From the NCBI GenBank assembly GCA_964106645.2, contig OZ067052.1: a DNA stretch of 64,000 bases. The stretch is one strand, 5' to 3'. Source of the DNA: Podarcis pityusensis (taxonomy: Eukaryota). Numbering within the stretch: the stretch's first letter is position 1; each line of letters starts with the position of its first letter. The position numbers and the translations under genes were made by a program. Below are positions 1 to 11,410 of the stretch, one piece after another. The notes beneath the pieces are model-generated. The model saw nothing but the letters and a program-made list of their open reading frames with translations. It searched no databases and had not been told where the DNA came from.

Positions 1-46
1 CCAGGAAAAGATGGCCCTGTAAGAAAAGACCAACTCTCACTGTTCG

Positions 47-48
<2 letters not shown>

Positions 49-92
<44 letters not shown>
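49..92. repeat. (CT)n microsatellite
   Basis: Perfect CT run. Confidence 0.95.
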
Positions 93-95
<3 letters not shown>

Positions 96-329
96 GTGTC
101 TTGCCAGCTCTGCTCTTGACATTTTATCAAGCAGCATCATGGTTTGTAGCACTCTGGTTGTATTCAATCAACAGATTGCCTCTACTGTGTTTTCGGATGC
201 TGCTCAGTATCATAATTGTCTCTCACTTGACAGAGATTTCAAATGTCATAGAGTCTTTGCATACAAGTGCCACTAAGTAGATATTGTATGTTTGTGGTTC
301 TCCTCACCCTCCTTTTCTTAATGCATTAG

Positions 330-558
330 GTGAATGGCTGCCTGTTGGATCCCATCCCCCCAATGATGGGGAGGAAAGGATGCCAGTCCCTGCCAAGCAG
401 TATGATGGAGACTTCCATTGATGAAGGGATAGAGACAGAGGGAGAGTCGGAAGAGGATCCTGCTCAAGCGTTTGCAGCCCTGCAAGCCACTCGCTGTGGG
501 AAGAGGCGTCACACTCTGGCAGAAGTAACCAATCAACTGGTTGTCATGCCGGGCACAG
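330..558 (+). CDS. SIK2: SIK2 exon (VNGCLLDP...[18 protein letters not shown])
   Basis: ttag|GTG acceptor, CAG|gtaagt donor; carries the PKA-type RRHT motif. Confidence 0.96.
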
Positions 559-3500
559 GTAAGTAAGTGGTCCAGGCTGGAGCCTAGGAAGTTGGAGTGA
601 TGCCACAGCTCAGCTGGTTCATCCCCAGCCTGGTACCCTCCAGATGTTTTGGGCTTCAGCTCCCATCCAAACAGGTCCCGTGCTGCCTGGGGCTAATGGG
701 AGTTGTAGTCAAAAATATCTGAAGGGCACCAAGTTGGCTGGCTGGTTGGGCTGGTCCAGTCCTGCCCTAGGTCAGGATAGTATTCCTTATGTGAATCCAC
801 CTAATTCCAACTGTGGTATGTTGTAGACTGAGAGCAGGTGCACATGGAAGAGGGGAAAAGCTTGTTTTCTCCTGCTCTGGAGGGTGGGACTCAAACCAAT
901 GGCTTCAAGTTGCAAGAAATGAGTTTCTGGCTAAACATCGGGAAGAACTTTCTGACAGTAAGAGCTGTTTGACAGTGGAACAGTTTCCCCCAGGAGGTGG
1001 TGGACTCTTCGTTCCTTGGAGGTTTTTAAGCAGAGGTTGGATGGCCATCTGTTATGGATGCTTTAGCTGAGATTCCAGCATTGCAGGGGGTTGGACTAGA
1101 TGACCCTCAGGGTCCCTTCCAACTCTGATTCTATGATTTTAAGGGGCCTGTGGTGGACTTCCAGGAAGAGAGAAGTTTGGTTATACACTGAAGGCAACTT
1201 GAGGCAGAGGGTGGGGGGATTTTGAGGTCTTGGCCTAATTTTCATGCCTCACTGAATTTAGCAGCCAACAAAGACAAGCCCTGTGTGCACGGGGGGGGGG
1301 GGGGGTGCAGTTATTACCTTGGAGCCAACAATGAATTTGCTTTGTAGGAAGATAAGAATGATAAATGTACAGATGGTTTCTGCTTGTTTTGCCAAGCAAT
1401 CTCATGACAGTGTTCAAAGGCTGGGAAGAGCAAACAGTGTCAGCTAAGGAGCCACCAGTTAGTGAATGTTTCATAGCACTGGGAGCCAGTGGTATAGCCC
1501 CCAGGAGAACATCTCTCCATCATTCCTGTGCAAATGGGAGGAGGCTGCTCTTCCACCATCACTTGAGAACTTATCGGTGCTTGTTCAGTAACTGCGGTGT
1601 GTGTGTGGAATTCCTCCACCCTCAAATCTGCTTTAAAAAATCACAGTGGTGACGCAGCAAGAATCATTCTGCCAAAATTGCTGTTGAGCAAACAGCATCT
1701 GTGGAGACACCAAGAGGGTCATAATGTAAACCAGTATACAGGAGAGTTTCATTGTAATGTTTAGAGCATCGACCTTCAGATGCCCTTGCTACGTTCCAGC
1801 CTCGCCACGTACACAGTGTGTGTATATATTGCGATAAGCAAGGCTGGAATCGCAGAGAAGCAACTGCCTGGCAAATGCCCCTTGTGACTTCATGCGAAAG
1901 TGTTTGCATGATTTTTTCCCTCTAAACGTGAGAAGGTTGTGTGTGCTCCTTTCCAAATATGTGTCATATCTGTTCACAATTGCTGTAGTAGAAAAGCAGT
2001 ATTCAGCTCCCAGTGCGTTTTGGGCAATTTTAAGAAGAAAACCAAAATGACTTGTCCTTAAAAGGCGGCTTTTTCACTTTCCAAATGTGAAAATAAAAAA
2101 TTCCAGGTGGTAGCATATTTTGTCTGACTGTTCCAATTCACACGGCCATCTGCCATCATTGTTTGAACCTGTCTGTTTCTGCAGTGTTGGAAAAGGGCTA
2201 AAGCAATGCAGCCTTCCTCTTTTGGAGGCTATCTTAACATGTTCCAGCTAGCCACTAGAGACACGGCTTTAGACACAGCAGCTTAGTTTGCTTTGGTAGG
2301 TGATTGCTCATTCCACTGACTATGGATTTTCCTGTGTTCTAAAGGGAAAGTCTTTTCCATGGATGAGAACCAGTCCTTGAGCAGCGTCGACTCTGAATAT
2401 GACATGGGATCCATCCAGAGAGACCTCAACTTTCTAGAAGACACTCCTTCCCTGAAAGAAATGGTACTTGCCAATCAGCCAGCTCCTAGGATGACGCCTC
2501 CTTTCATAGGCCTGAGACCCGCTAATCCCGCCATGCAGGCTCTGGCCTCCCACAAACGAGAAGCCCACAACCGTTCCCCTGTCAGCTTCCGAGAGGGGCG
2601 CAGAGCCTCAGACACATCCCTAACGCAAGGTACCTTCTGTTAAGAAATCAAGGTGTATGGGCTGCAGCTGTTGAGGCAGGCAGTCTGGGTGGGGTGTGCC
2701 CTGCTACCTGGGTTAGGCTGATGGCTTTGGGGTGGCCCCATGGTTGTCCTGGCAGCCAGGAAGTCCTGAACTGCCCCAGTTCTAAACTGACAGTTAAGAT
2801 AGGACTTCAGCATATGGCAAGAGCTATACAACAAAGATGCTAAACGTATGGACGATAAAAGTATCAATGACGACTAGCCATGATGTCTAGGCTCTGCCTC
2901 CTCATTCAGAGGCAGCAGAACTTCTGAATACCAGTTTCTGGAAACCACAGAAGGGGAAAGCGTCCTTGTGTTCAGGTCCTGCTTGTAGTTTTTCTGTGAA
3001 CATCTGGCTGGACGCTGTGAAAGCAGGATGCTGTACTAAATGGGCCACAGTCCTGGTCCAGCAAGCTCTTCTTATGCTCTTATTTACCACCATATTTCTT
3101 TTTGGGTGGTGGGAATGAGAGGAGGGGATTGTGGGGCTGTCTCACAGTGCAACCTGCTAACAAGTAAGCCCTATTGAGTTCAATTGGAGCTATTCCTAGA
3201 GTGTTTAGGATTGCAGCCTACATATTCATCTGTTTTGTGCAACCTGTTGGTGTTCCCTAGTGCACATGGGCCTCTATATCAGGGTTTCTCAAACTTGGGT
3301 CTCCAGCTGTTTTTTAGACTACAACTCCCATCATCCCTCGCTAGCAGGACCATTGGTCAGGGGTGGTGGGAATTGTAGTCCAAAAACAGCTGGAGACCCA
3401 AGGTTAGGAAACCCTGCTCTATATATACCTTCAGCTTTGTAGAAATTGTATGTGGATGCCCTGGAAATACATGTACGTCACAGGTGCAGTGAGCAAAACC

Positions 3501-6500
3501 CCAAAATAAACTAACAATTCAAAGCAGAGAGCTGCTCACAATTTTAACATCCAGGGATTGCTTTCCTTCTAAAAACTGCTCTGCCTTGTCCTCAATCCAG
3601 GAATTGTGGCATTTAGGCAGCACCTTCAGAATCTAGCCCGAACCAAAGGAATCCTGGAGCTTAACAAAGTCCAGCTGTTCTATGAACAGATGAGGTCGGA
3701 AGATGAGCCTGCCCTGGCCTCCACGTCTCCCCATCTGCAAGACCTCAGGAGTGGTCCCCAGCAGGTACGCCATTTCTGGGGCATGTTTGCCATATCTCTT
3801 GTGAGCCATGGAGTCCTGCAGCCCTCCTTAAGCTCCTCCAGCTGAAGCAGCACAGAGAAGTCAGAATGTGTCGGTAGGCAGAGAGAGCAAACTTAACTGG
3901 GGCACCTGCCACACAAGAAGCCAACAAATCTGAGCTGGGTGTAATTCCTTAGCTTTCATCTGGGTTTTGTTACCATCTTAAGTTCTGCATTTCCAAATCT
4001 GAAACCTCTTGATGCCAGGGTGGGTTTGATTGGCATTCAGAGTACTGTATAGGAATGAGGAGGTTGTGGACCTCAGGTCTGTGTGGAAGGGGTTGGGAGC
4101 TCTGCAGGCCAGGCGTATACAACACGTGAGCCACTAAAAGACTCCTACTCAGAGGAGATCCGTTCAAATTAATAGATGTGGCTGACAGGCTCGTTAAGTT
4201 CAGTGGAGCTACTCTAAGTAGAAGTTAGTTGGATAACACCAGCAACCTGTGAATTCTCTAGGAAGCAGGCATCACTCACAAACATGCAGGCTTGCTGACC
4301 GCACTTGGGGATTTTGAAACTTCTTTCCAGCCTGGCTGGATGGCAGAGGGTTGGACCTGGATTCAGGTCATTTGCCTGGCTCCTGATCCGGCTCTCGTTT
4401 CGATGGACTTTGCTACTTGTCAGAGTTTTAAGTGGGAAATGTGGCCTCTGGATCAGCAGAAGGTCTCTACAGCACGTTCATCCTTTCCCTCTTTCTCTCT
4501 CTCTCTCTGTCTGTCTCTCTCTCTCCCCCAAGGAGGAAACACCCCAACAGCAGGAAGCTGCCTCTGCTTTTGCTAACGGCATCCATCCCCAGTTGCTCTC
4601 CAGGCGGCAGAGCTTAGAAACGCAGTACTTGCAGCACAGACTCCAGGTACGGTGCCACCTTTGGAAGAGTTAGGCCACTTCAAACAACACAGACGTTTAT
4701 AGGGAGTGCTGCTGCCTCTCCTTCCCTCTTGTCTCCCCACTAAAATGGGTCGAGATATAAGACACACTACTCTCCCCTCCTCCAGGGTTTCAAATAACAA
4801 AGCCATGGGGCTCTCGTGGCCGGCTGCACATATCATGGCAAAACTAGTTGTGATGGGCTTACCAGCAAGCTCAGTCCCTACATTATTTCAGTAGCCAACT
4901 AACGTATTATAGCAGGACTATAAAGCATTGTGTATATGATGATACAGCGGGTCTTCCTTGTTTCAGAAGCCCAGTCTGCTTTCAAAAGCTCAAAACGCCT
5001 GCCAGGTTTTTTGCAAGGAATTACCCCGGAGCCTGGAGCAGCAGTTACAGGAACACAGGTGAGCGAGAAGGCAGCAGCGCCCACTGGTTTGGACCTGCTT
5101 GTATATATAAGCTTGCTTTAAGAGTCGGGGGAGCTTAATTAGGATGCTTTCCCACCCACCTCCAGATTAATGTGTCTTTGGATGAGGGCTCACAAGAATG
5201 CAATTCTTTATAGCATAAGAGGGGTGGATGGTTCCCAGGTGATCTCGCAGTTGCCGCTCAGTGCGTGTATGCGGGCAGCACTGAATTGTCGTAGGTGTGC
5301 TGCCCCATTCTCCTTGTCAGCAGTGTTCCTCTCCAGATTGAATTGTGAGCCAGTCCGAAAAGCAGGGAAGGAATTCACATACCGTATTTTTCGCTCTATT
5401 GGACGCAGTTTTTCCTCTCCAAAAATTGAGAGGAAATGTGTGTGCGTCCTATAGAGCGAATGCAGGCTTGTGCCATAGCCGCGCGCAACCCCTCCGGCAG
5501 GGAGAGGCTCCACGGGGCTATGGCTTCTTTAGCCCTGCGCAGCGTCTCCCGGCAAAGAGAGGCTGCACGGGGCTAAAGGGGAAGCCAAAACAGCGAGCGG
5601 GATGGATCCCGCTCGCTGCCTTGCCTGCTTCCATAGCTGCGCGCAACCCCTCCGGCAAGGAGAGGCTGCACGGGGCTAAAGGGGAAGCCAAAGCAGTGAG
5701 CGGGATGGATCCCGCTCGCTGTCTTGCCTTCTTCCATAGCTGCGCGCAACCCCTCCGCAAGGAGAGGCTGCACGGGGCTATGGCTTCTTTAGCCCCACGC
5801 AGCCTCTCCCGGCAAAGAGAGGCTGCATGGGGCTAAAGGGGAAGGCAAAACAGCGAGCGGGATCCATCCCGCTTGCTGCCTTGCCTTCTTCCATAGCTGC
5901 GCGCAACCCCTCCACAAGGAGAGGCTGCACGGGGCTATGGCTTCTTTAGCCCCACGCAGCCTCTCCCGGCAAGGAGAGGCTGCATGGGGCTAAAGGGGAA
6001 GGCAAAACAGCGAGCGGGATCCATCCCGCTTGCTGCCTTGCCTTCTTCCATAGCTGCGCGCAACCCCTCCGCAAGGAGAGGCTGCACGGGGCTATGGCTT
6101 CTTTAGCCCCACGCAGCCTCTCCCTGCAAGGAGAGGCTGCACGGGGCTAAAGGGGAAGGCAAAACAGCGAGCGGGATCCATCCCGCTCGCTGCCTTGCCT
6201 TCTTCCATAGCTGCGCGCAACCCCTCCGCAAGGAGAGGCTGCACGGTGCTATGGCTTCTTTAGCCCCACGCAGCCTCTCCCGGCAAAGAGAGGCTGCATG
6301 GGGCTAAAGGGGAAGGCAAAACAGCGAGCGGGATCCATCCCGCTTGCTGCCTTGCCTTCTTCCATAGCTGCGCGCAACCCCTCCGCAAGGAGAGGCTGCA
6401 CGGGGCTATGGCTTCTTTAGCCCCACGCAGCCTCTCCCGGCAAGGAGAGGCTGCACGGGGCTAAAGGGGAAGCCAAAACAGCGAGCGGGATCCATCCCGC

Positions 6501-7693
6501 TTGCTGCCTTGCCTTCTTCCATAGCTGCGCGCAACCCCACTGGCAGGGAGAGGTTGTGTGCAGCCTGTACGCTGCTCTTTGGGGCAGGGGGGGGAAAATA
6601 TTTTTTTCCTTGATTTCCCCCCCTAAAAACTGGGTGCGCCCTATGGTCCGGTGCGCCCTATGGTGCGAAAAATACGGTATTTGCTTCTTGCTTCAGGCTG
6701 AGATGGCTCTGCCTTGTGGACCTGGAAACCTCCAATGCAAAATTTGTCACCCCAAGGTTCTCCCAAAGCCTCCTTCAGCTCATTTTGTATATTTTACTGC
6801 TTTTAAAATCTGTGCTTAAAAGTGCGTACTGCATAGAATTAGAGCAGCGGTGTTTGTTCGTTTGTCTATCTTGGTTTCCTTGATCCTTAAAGAAAATAAT
6901 TCAAAAACTGAAGTATGTTTTTAAAAAGACTTAGTTTGAATTAATTTGGGGGCAGTGCAGCTGATAGGTTTTCTGATCCTTGCTCCAAGCTTTAGACTAG
7001 ATGTCATTTTTTTAATGTCTGATGCTAGCTTGGCAATCCAAAATCCTTGCCTCTAGAGGAGAAGAAAGTGGCATGGCTTTTAAGAAACTGGCTGAACCAA
7101 CTTTTCTCGGTCTCTCTCAATCCAGGTTGCACCAGAAGCGGCTGTTTCTCCAGAAGCAATCCCAGCTGCAGGCGTATTTCAACCAGATGCAAATAGCGGA
7201 GAGTACCTACCCCAGACCAAGCCAGCTGTCCCTCACATGCCACGAGGAGCAGCAGCCACCCCCCCCTCCCCAGTTCAGTCTGGTGCAGCCCCTGAGCCCC
7301 GTCATGGAGCCTTCTGCCGAACAAATGCAATACGACCCTTTCCTTAGCCAATACCAGAAGCTTCAACTTGACCAGCCACCCTCACCCCCGATCCACGGTT
7401 CCTCTCGACTGCCCTCGCAGATCCCCCTGCAGCAGCAGCAGTATCCCTATCAGACTTGCGAATTGCCCGTTGGCACCTCGTCTGAGCCAGACTATGCCAG
7501 CCAGCATCAATATCCCCTGGGCCCGACCCAGCAGAGCAGTGTAGCAATGACCGACAGCCAGCGGAGTTCTGACCCTCCTGGATCCCAGTCTAGCTACGAG
7601 GCGTTAGGCCTGGTGGAGCTGCCAGGGCTCTTTGATTGTGAAATGATGGAGACTGTTGACCCCCAACATGGTGGCTACGTCTTGGTGAACTAG
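330..7693 (+). CDS. SIK2: Salt-inducible kinase 2, 3' part (last six coding exons; kinase domain lies upstream of the window)
   Basis: Exons 330-558, 2345-2629, 3601-3764, 4533-4646, 4967-5058, 7126-7693 have GT-AG ends and consistent phases. Translation matches recalled human SIK2 ([30 protein letters not shown]-terminal GYVLVN). Confidence 0.97.
823..1138 (+). mobile_element. CR1 LINE 3' fragment
   Basis: Ends in the CR1-type 3' terminus GGTTGGACTAGATGACCCT...GGTCCCTTCCAAC...ATTCTATGATT. Confidence 0.8.
2345..2629 (+). CDS. SIK2: SIK2 exon (GKVFSMDE...[10 protein letters not shown])
   Basis: aaag|GG acceptor, CAAG|gtacc donor; carries the RRAS PKA site. Confidence 0.96.
3280..3416. mobile_element. 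Palindromic hAT-type MITE
   Basis: CAGGGTTT...AAACCCTG termini, near-complete fold-back, 8-bp TSD CTCTATAT on both sides. Confidence 0.9.
3601..3764 (+). CDS. SIK2: SIK2 exon ([25 protein letters not shown]...)
   Basis: ccag|GA acceptor, CAG|gtacgc donor. Confidence 0.96.
4533..4646 (+). CDS. SIK2: SIK2 exon (EETPQQQE...[10 protein letters not shown])
   Basis: CT-rich tract then caag|GAG acceptor, CAG|gtacgg donor. Confidence 0.93.
4967..5058 (+). CDS. SIK2: SIK2 exon ([31 protein letters not shown])
   Basis: ttcag|AAG acceptor, AG|gtgagc donor; translated by hand, not in the ORF track in this frame. Confidence 0.95.
5382..6677. mobile_element. Tc1/mariner (Tc2-like) non-autonomous DNA transposon with internal tandem array
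   Basis: TIRs CCGTATTTTTCGC...GCGAAAAATACGG flanked by TA duplications. Confidence 0.88.
5473..6555. repeat. 157-bp GC-rich tandem array (about 7 units)
   Basis: CCATAGC anchors at 5473, 5631, 5734, 5891, 6048, 6205, 6362, 6519. Confidence 0.95.
7126..7693 (+). CDS. SIK2: SIK2 terminal coding exon ([25 protein letters not shown]...GYVLVN*)
   Basis: tccag|G acceptor; TAG stop at 7691-7693. Confidence 0.96.
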
Positions 7694-10600
7694 CAAGTTT
7701 TTGGAGTGTTGCGGATGGAAGGTGGATTGTTTGAAGTGAAGGACGGAAATGCATGTGGATTTCCATGTACGTCCCATCCCTAAAATTCATGGTTTGTGAC
7801 CCAACCCTTGACCTTAACAGATGACTATACAAACCCTCCTAAATTGGTACTAGCAGGGAAATGACTGAGCGTCACTCGCTCTACAAGGAAACTCGATGGC
7901 AGGGGTTGTGGAGGCAAGGTACTGCACTTTCGATAGAAGAGGGGACTACTTTGAAAGGAAAGAGGCGAGACACTTGCAGGGAAGAAGGAGATCTGCAAAC
8001 CACGCAGCCCCTGTCGGAGGAAGCCTGGAAGGGATCAAGAAGAGTAGCGAACATGGGACGACACCATGCTACTTGGCAATAAAAGCAATACATTTTTCAT
8101 TGGAACGCTGCAAAGTTGTGTGCTGATCTTGAAGCAAATCAGGAACGTAGCGTGCTGGGGATTGAACAACCTTTCTCTGAGCTGCCAGTGTAGAACTTGA
8201 CTGCAGCCGATCCTCAGAGGACTCACGTGGCGCCTCTCACAATCTCCACTTCCTTCTGTTGACTCTCACCAGGAAATTCCTGATCTTTAAGAACCCTGAC
8301 AAGCCCCTGGATCTTGTGATGAAAGGGTCCATATACCGTTGTCAAAAGAAGGCTGGAGTTGGACGTCCAGGATTTTCATAGAACTTACAAGTGTGTTGGA
8401 AGCCCCTCCAAGATCAATGGACAAGAATTGGGAGGTGGAGGTGTGGGGGTGGGGAAGACCTGGGGTGTGTGGGGAGGCTATACAATGTTGCCCCTTGGGG
8501 GAGCATGGGGGGAGCTGTGATCACTGGAGAAGTAGTTATAAGCTGCCCTTTGTTGCTTTTCTGTTTTAAAAGAAGAAGCAACTTTACTTTGGACTAAGCA
8601 GTGTGTATTGCTTTTGGTTTCTTAGGCTTTGTATATTTCGACAGTTATTTAGGGAATTAGCATTTTAAGGATGAAACAAAATGAGCTTATCAGAAAACCC
8701 ATGTGAAGTGATAGTGCTGTGCCTTTTTGGGTTCATTTTGAGACTCTTACGCTTTTTCTTTTTTTCTTTTTCTGAAGTAGAAAATATCCCCCGTTTATGT
8801 CCATGCTGACGCCAAAGTCCCTTCAGAGCTCAAATTCCACCATGTGGAATGCAAGTTTAACGTTCTCCTTAAGTGTTTCTGACTTGTTCATCATTAGTAT
8901 ATCTGAAATGTTAAAAAGTATTACAGCAATATTTAGGATCAATAACTGTTGACTTGTTAACCACTTCAACAGGCAATCTGCTCTATCAAGCGTTTGGCCG
9001 AGACCTTTTGCGATGCATGACACGCTGGCCACAAAACCATAGGAAAGAATACAGAGGATCCCTTGAATTTGTCACGTAAGAGGATTTAGATAATAATAAA
9101 TGCCGTGACAGTGTTAGGAAAGGCACTACGGGTTACTGAGCATCCTGCTGGGAGCAGATGAAGATTTAAGCACAACACAGATTTGTTTTAAGCACAAAGA
9201 ACAATGGATTAGCAAAGTCGATCTGGCTGAAGACAAATGTAGGCCTGGTTCTCAACGGAGGGGCTCAACTGGCGCCTGAGCTGCACCACTTTGGGCTGCA
9301 GGTGTGGCAGTGCCCCATCTGGGCCCTTCTGGGTGTGGGGCGGCAGAGGGAAGGCAGCTGGCAGGAAGCAGCTGGCAATAGGACCTCTGCAGCAGCTACC
9401 ACCTGTTTTCAAGATATTCAGATGCTTTAAAGAAAAGAAGCACAAACCTCAAGCCCTCTCGCTCCCCAAGTTGCTGAAATGGTGCCTTGTCAGGCTTCCC
9501 AGTTTTCTAAACAAAAGGTTCCCAACGGAGAACTTCCAGTTCAGCCCTAATTTGGAGGGGGCTTGTAAGGCGGAACATTCCATCCTGTGAGCCCCCCTCC
9601 AGCCCTGCCCCCCACCTACAGTCTGAAATGGTGCAGCCCAGCTTGGTGGTGAGAACTGTGCCTCTCTTCTTCAAGGGGAAACTTTACCCCTCCCCTCCTG
9701 ACCCATTTTCGTCCATGTGCCGCATTCACACTGTGCGATGCTTAAACTTCCCGTTTTAATTGCCACACCAACTGTTTGCTCCTAGCTGCTGTCTTTGCCA
9801 TTAATTCCCCCCTGCCTCAGTTAAGTTTTGAACTCTCAGAGAAATGAGTGACTTGGAGACAGGCTTTGATTCAGCAAGGAGCTGTGTCCTGAAGAGACCT
9901 CTTGCCTTGCGGAATTCCTTTCTGTGGACGATCCTTGCTCTTAGGAACCGGGACCTTTGGGTTCTTGAGAGACGAGCCAGGAATTAATAACCTTCCGTTG
10001 ACTTGTAAACTGCTGAAGCACGTTGACTTAAGGTGCTTTTCCCGCAAGGAAATCCTTTCCTGCTATATCCTATGCACTTTGGGTGGGGAGGAGAGGTCAG
10101 CCAAGCTGACGCCAACTGCCTTATTTCCTTGTAAGCAGTGGGAGGAACCCCCACTGGCCCTTGAGACCTGCCCACCCAGCTGCTAACCTCTTACTTTATT
10201 CAGTTTGCATATGGTGGTGGTGCTGTGAGCAAGCTTAGGTCAGCCATTCCTCTCCCCTTTGCTCTGTGGAGAAAGCAACCTCAGCCTTTGGACCCTGTCC
10301 AACCCACAGAAGTTTTTCACCGGGAGCATTGCAGCAACAGTCTATGTTAGCCAAAACCTTGATGGGCTGGACGCCACGTTCAGACCTTGCGTTGTCTACT
10401 CTACCCCCCATGTTCTTAGTCTCCGGAGCTGTTTCCCACAATAGGAGGAGGCTTTCATTGTGCGTGGAAGATATAAGCGCTGGTATGTTGGTGGTCCTTG
10501 ACTTAACGCCCAGGAGATTCGTGAGCTGGCATCTCCTTTGCAAGACGTTACTCCGTGGCGACTGGGAGTAAGGTTTGTTAGGATCCCAGCTCACGTCCTT

Positions 10601-11410
10601 GCAGAAGGCAGCCGAAGAGCAGAGATCCACCAAGGAATAACGCAGCTTTGGACTGCACAGCTTTTCCTTCCCCTGGGTGGGGTGGGGGCATCCAGAGCAC
10701 AACCTGTAGCCAGCCTCAGGAGGTGGCTGTAGCTCCATATCCGGGTGCAGAGAAGTGATAAGCATCACTTTCCTTGGCAGTCGCTTTGTACCTCAGCAGA
10801 TGGGGCAGAAGTTCTGAATGTTGAACTATATCAGGCATAGCTAACCCCTTCTGCTTAACAGCTTGTGTTTCGGAACATTTGTTGTCATTTATATTACAAC
10901 AGAGGAAACCCTTTTTCTTAACTCTACATATCCTTAGCGCACTTGCCTGCCTTCTCTCTCTCTCTCTCTCCCCGTCTTTCTCTCTCTCTCTCCCCGTCTT
11001 TCTCTCTCTCTCAACTACTCCTTCAGAATAGCCGCTTCTGTCGAGTCTGCTGTTGATGTCTGTTGTTAGAGGATTTGTGTATACTACTGTATAACAATTA
11101 CTAGCTTTATTAGTTTTAATACAGGTTCCTTTGAAGAGACTTTGGTGAGATGTACATGGGGCGGGGGGGTTAAACAAATTTTTCATATGGAGACAAGTGC
11201 AATATGTGTGTGTGGTACGTTCTTTAATGTATTTTTTTAAGAAGAGTTAAAAGGGTTTTAGTCTTCGCTTTGGGAGAAATGCACTAGTTTGGTCAGCGCC
11301 GGTTTTTGGCGCATCCATCTGTAGAATCAACACGCAGTTGGTATGCTGGACTCTGTAAAAGCAATTACCGTGTATTAATGCAAAATAAAGAACATGGACC
11401 TTCTGGTTTT
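7694..11410 (+). other. SIK2: Probable long SIK2 3'UTR with AATAAA at 8078, 9095 and 11384
   Basis: Largely free of interspersed repeats; U-rich blocks; distal AATAAA 11384-11389 followed by a T/TA-rich tract. Confidence 0.6.

Noticed and set aside
5345-5836. 163-aa ORF and overlapping antisense ORFs
   Set aside because: They arise from the GC-rich tandem array inside a MITE and show no protein family resemblance.
5473-6555. Palindromic repeat array superficially like a CRISPR array
   Set aside because: There are no unique spacers, the units repeat in full, the context is a eukaryotic intron, and there are no cas genes.
7022-7125. In-frame ATG extension upstream of the last SIK2 exon
   Set aside because: It is intronic; a good acceptor at 7125 fits the phase of the preceding exon.
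10235-11186. 177-aa and 156-aa minus-strand ORFs in the SIK2 3'UTR
   Set aside because: No recognisable homology, one runs through a CT microsatellite, and neither resembles PPP2R1B.
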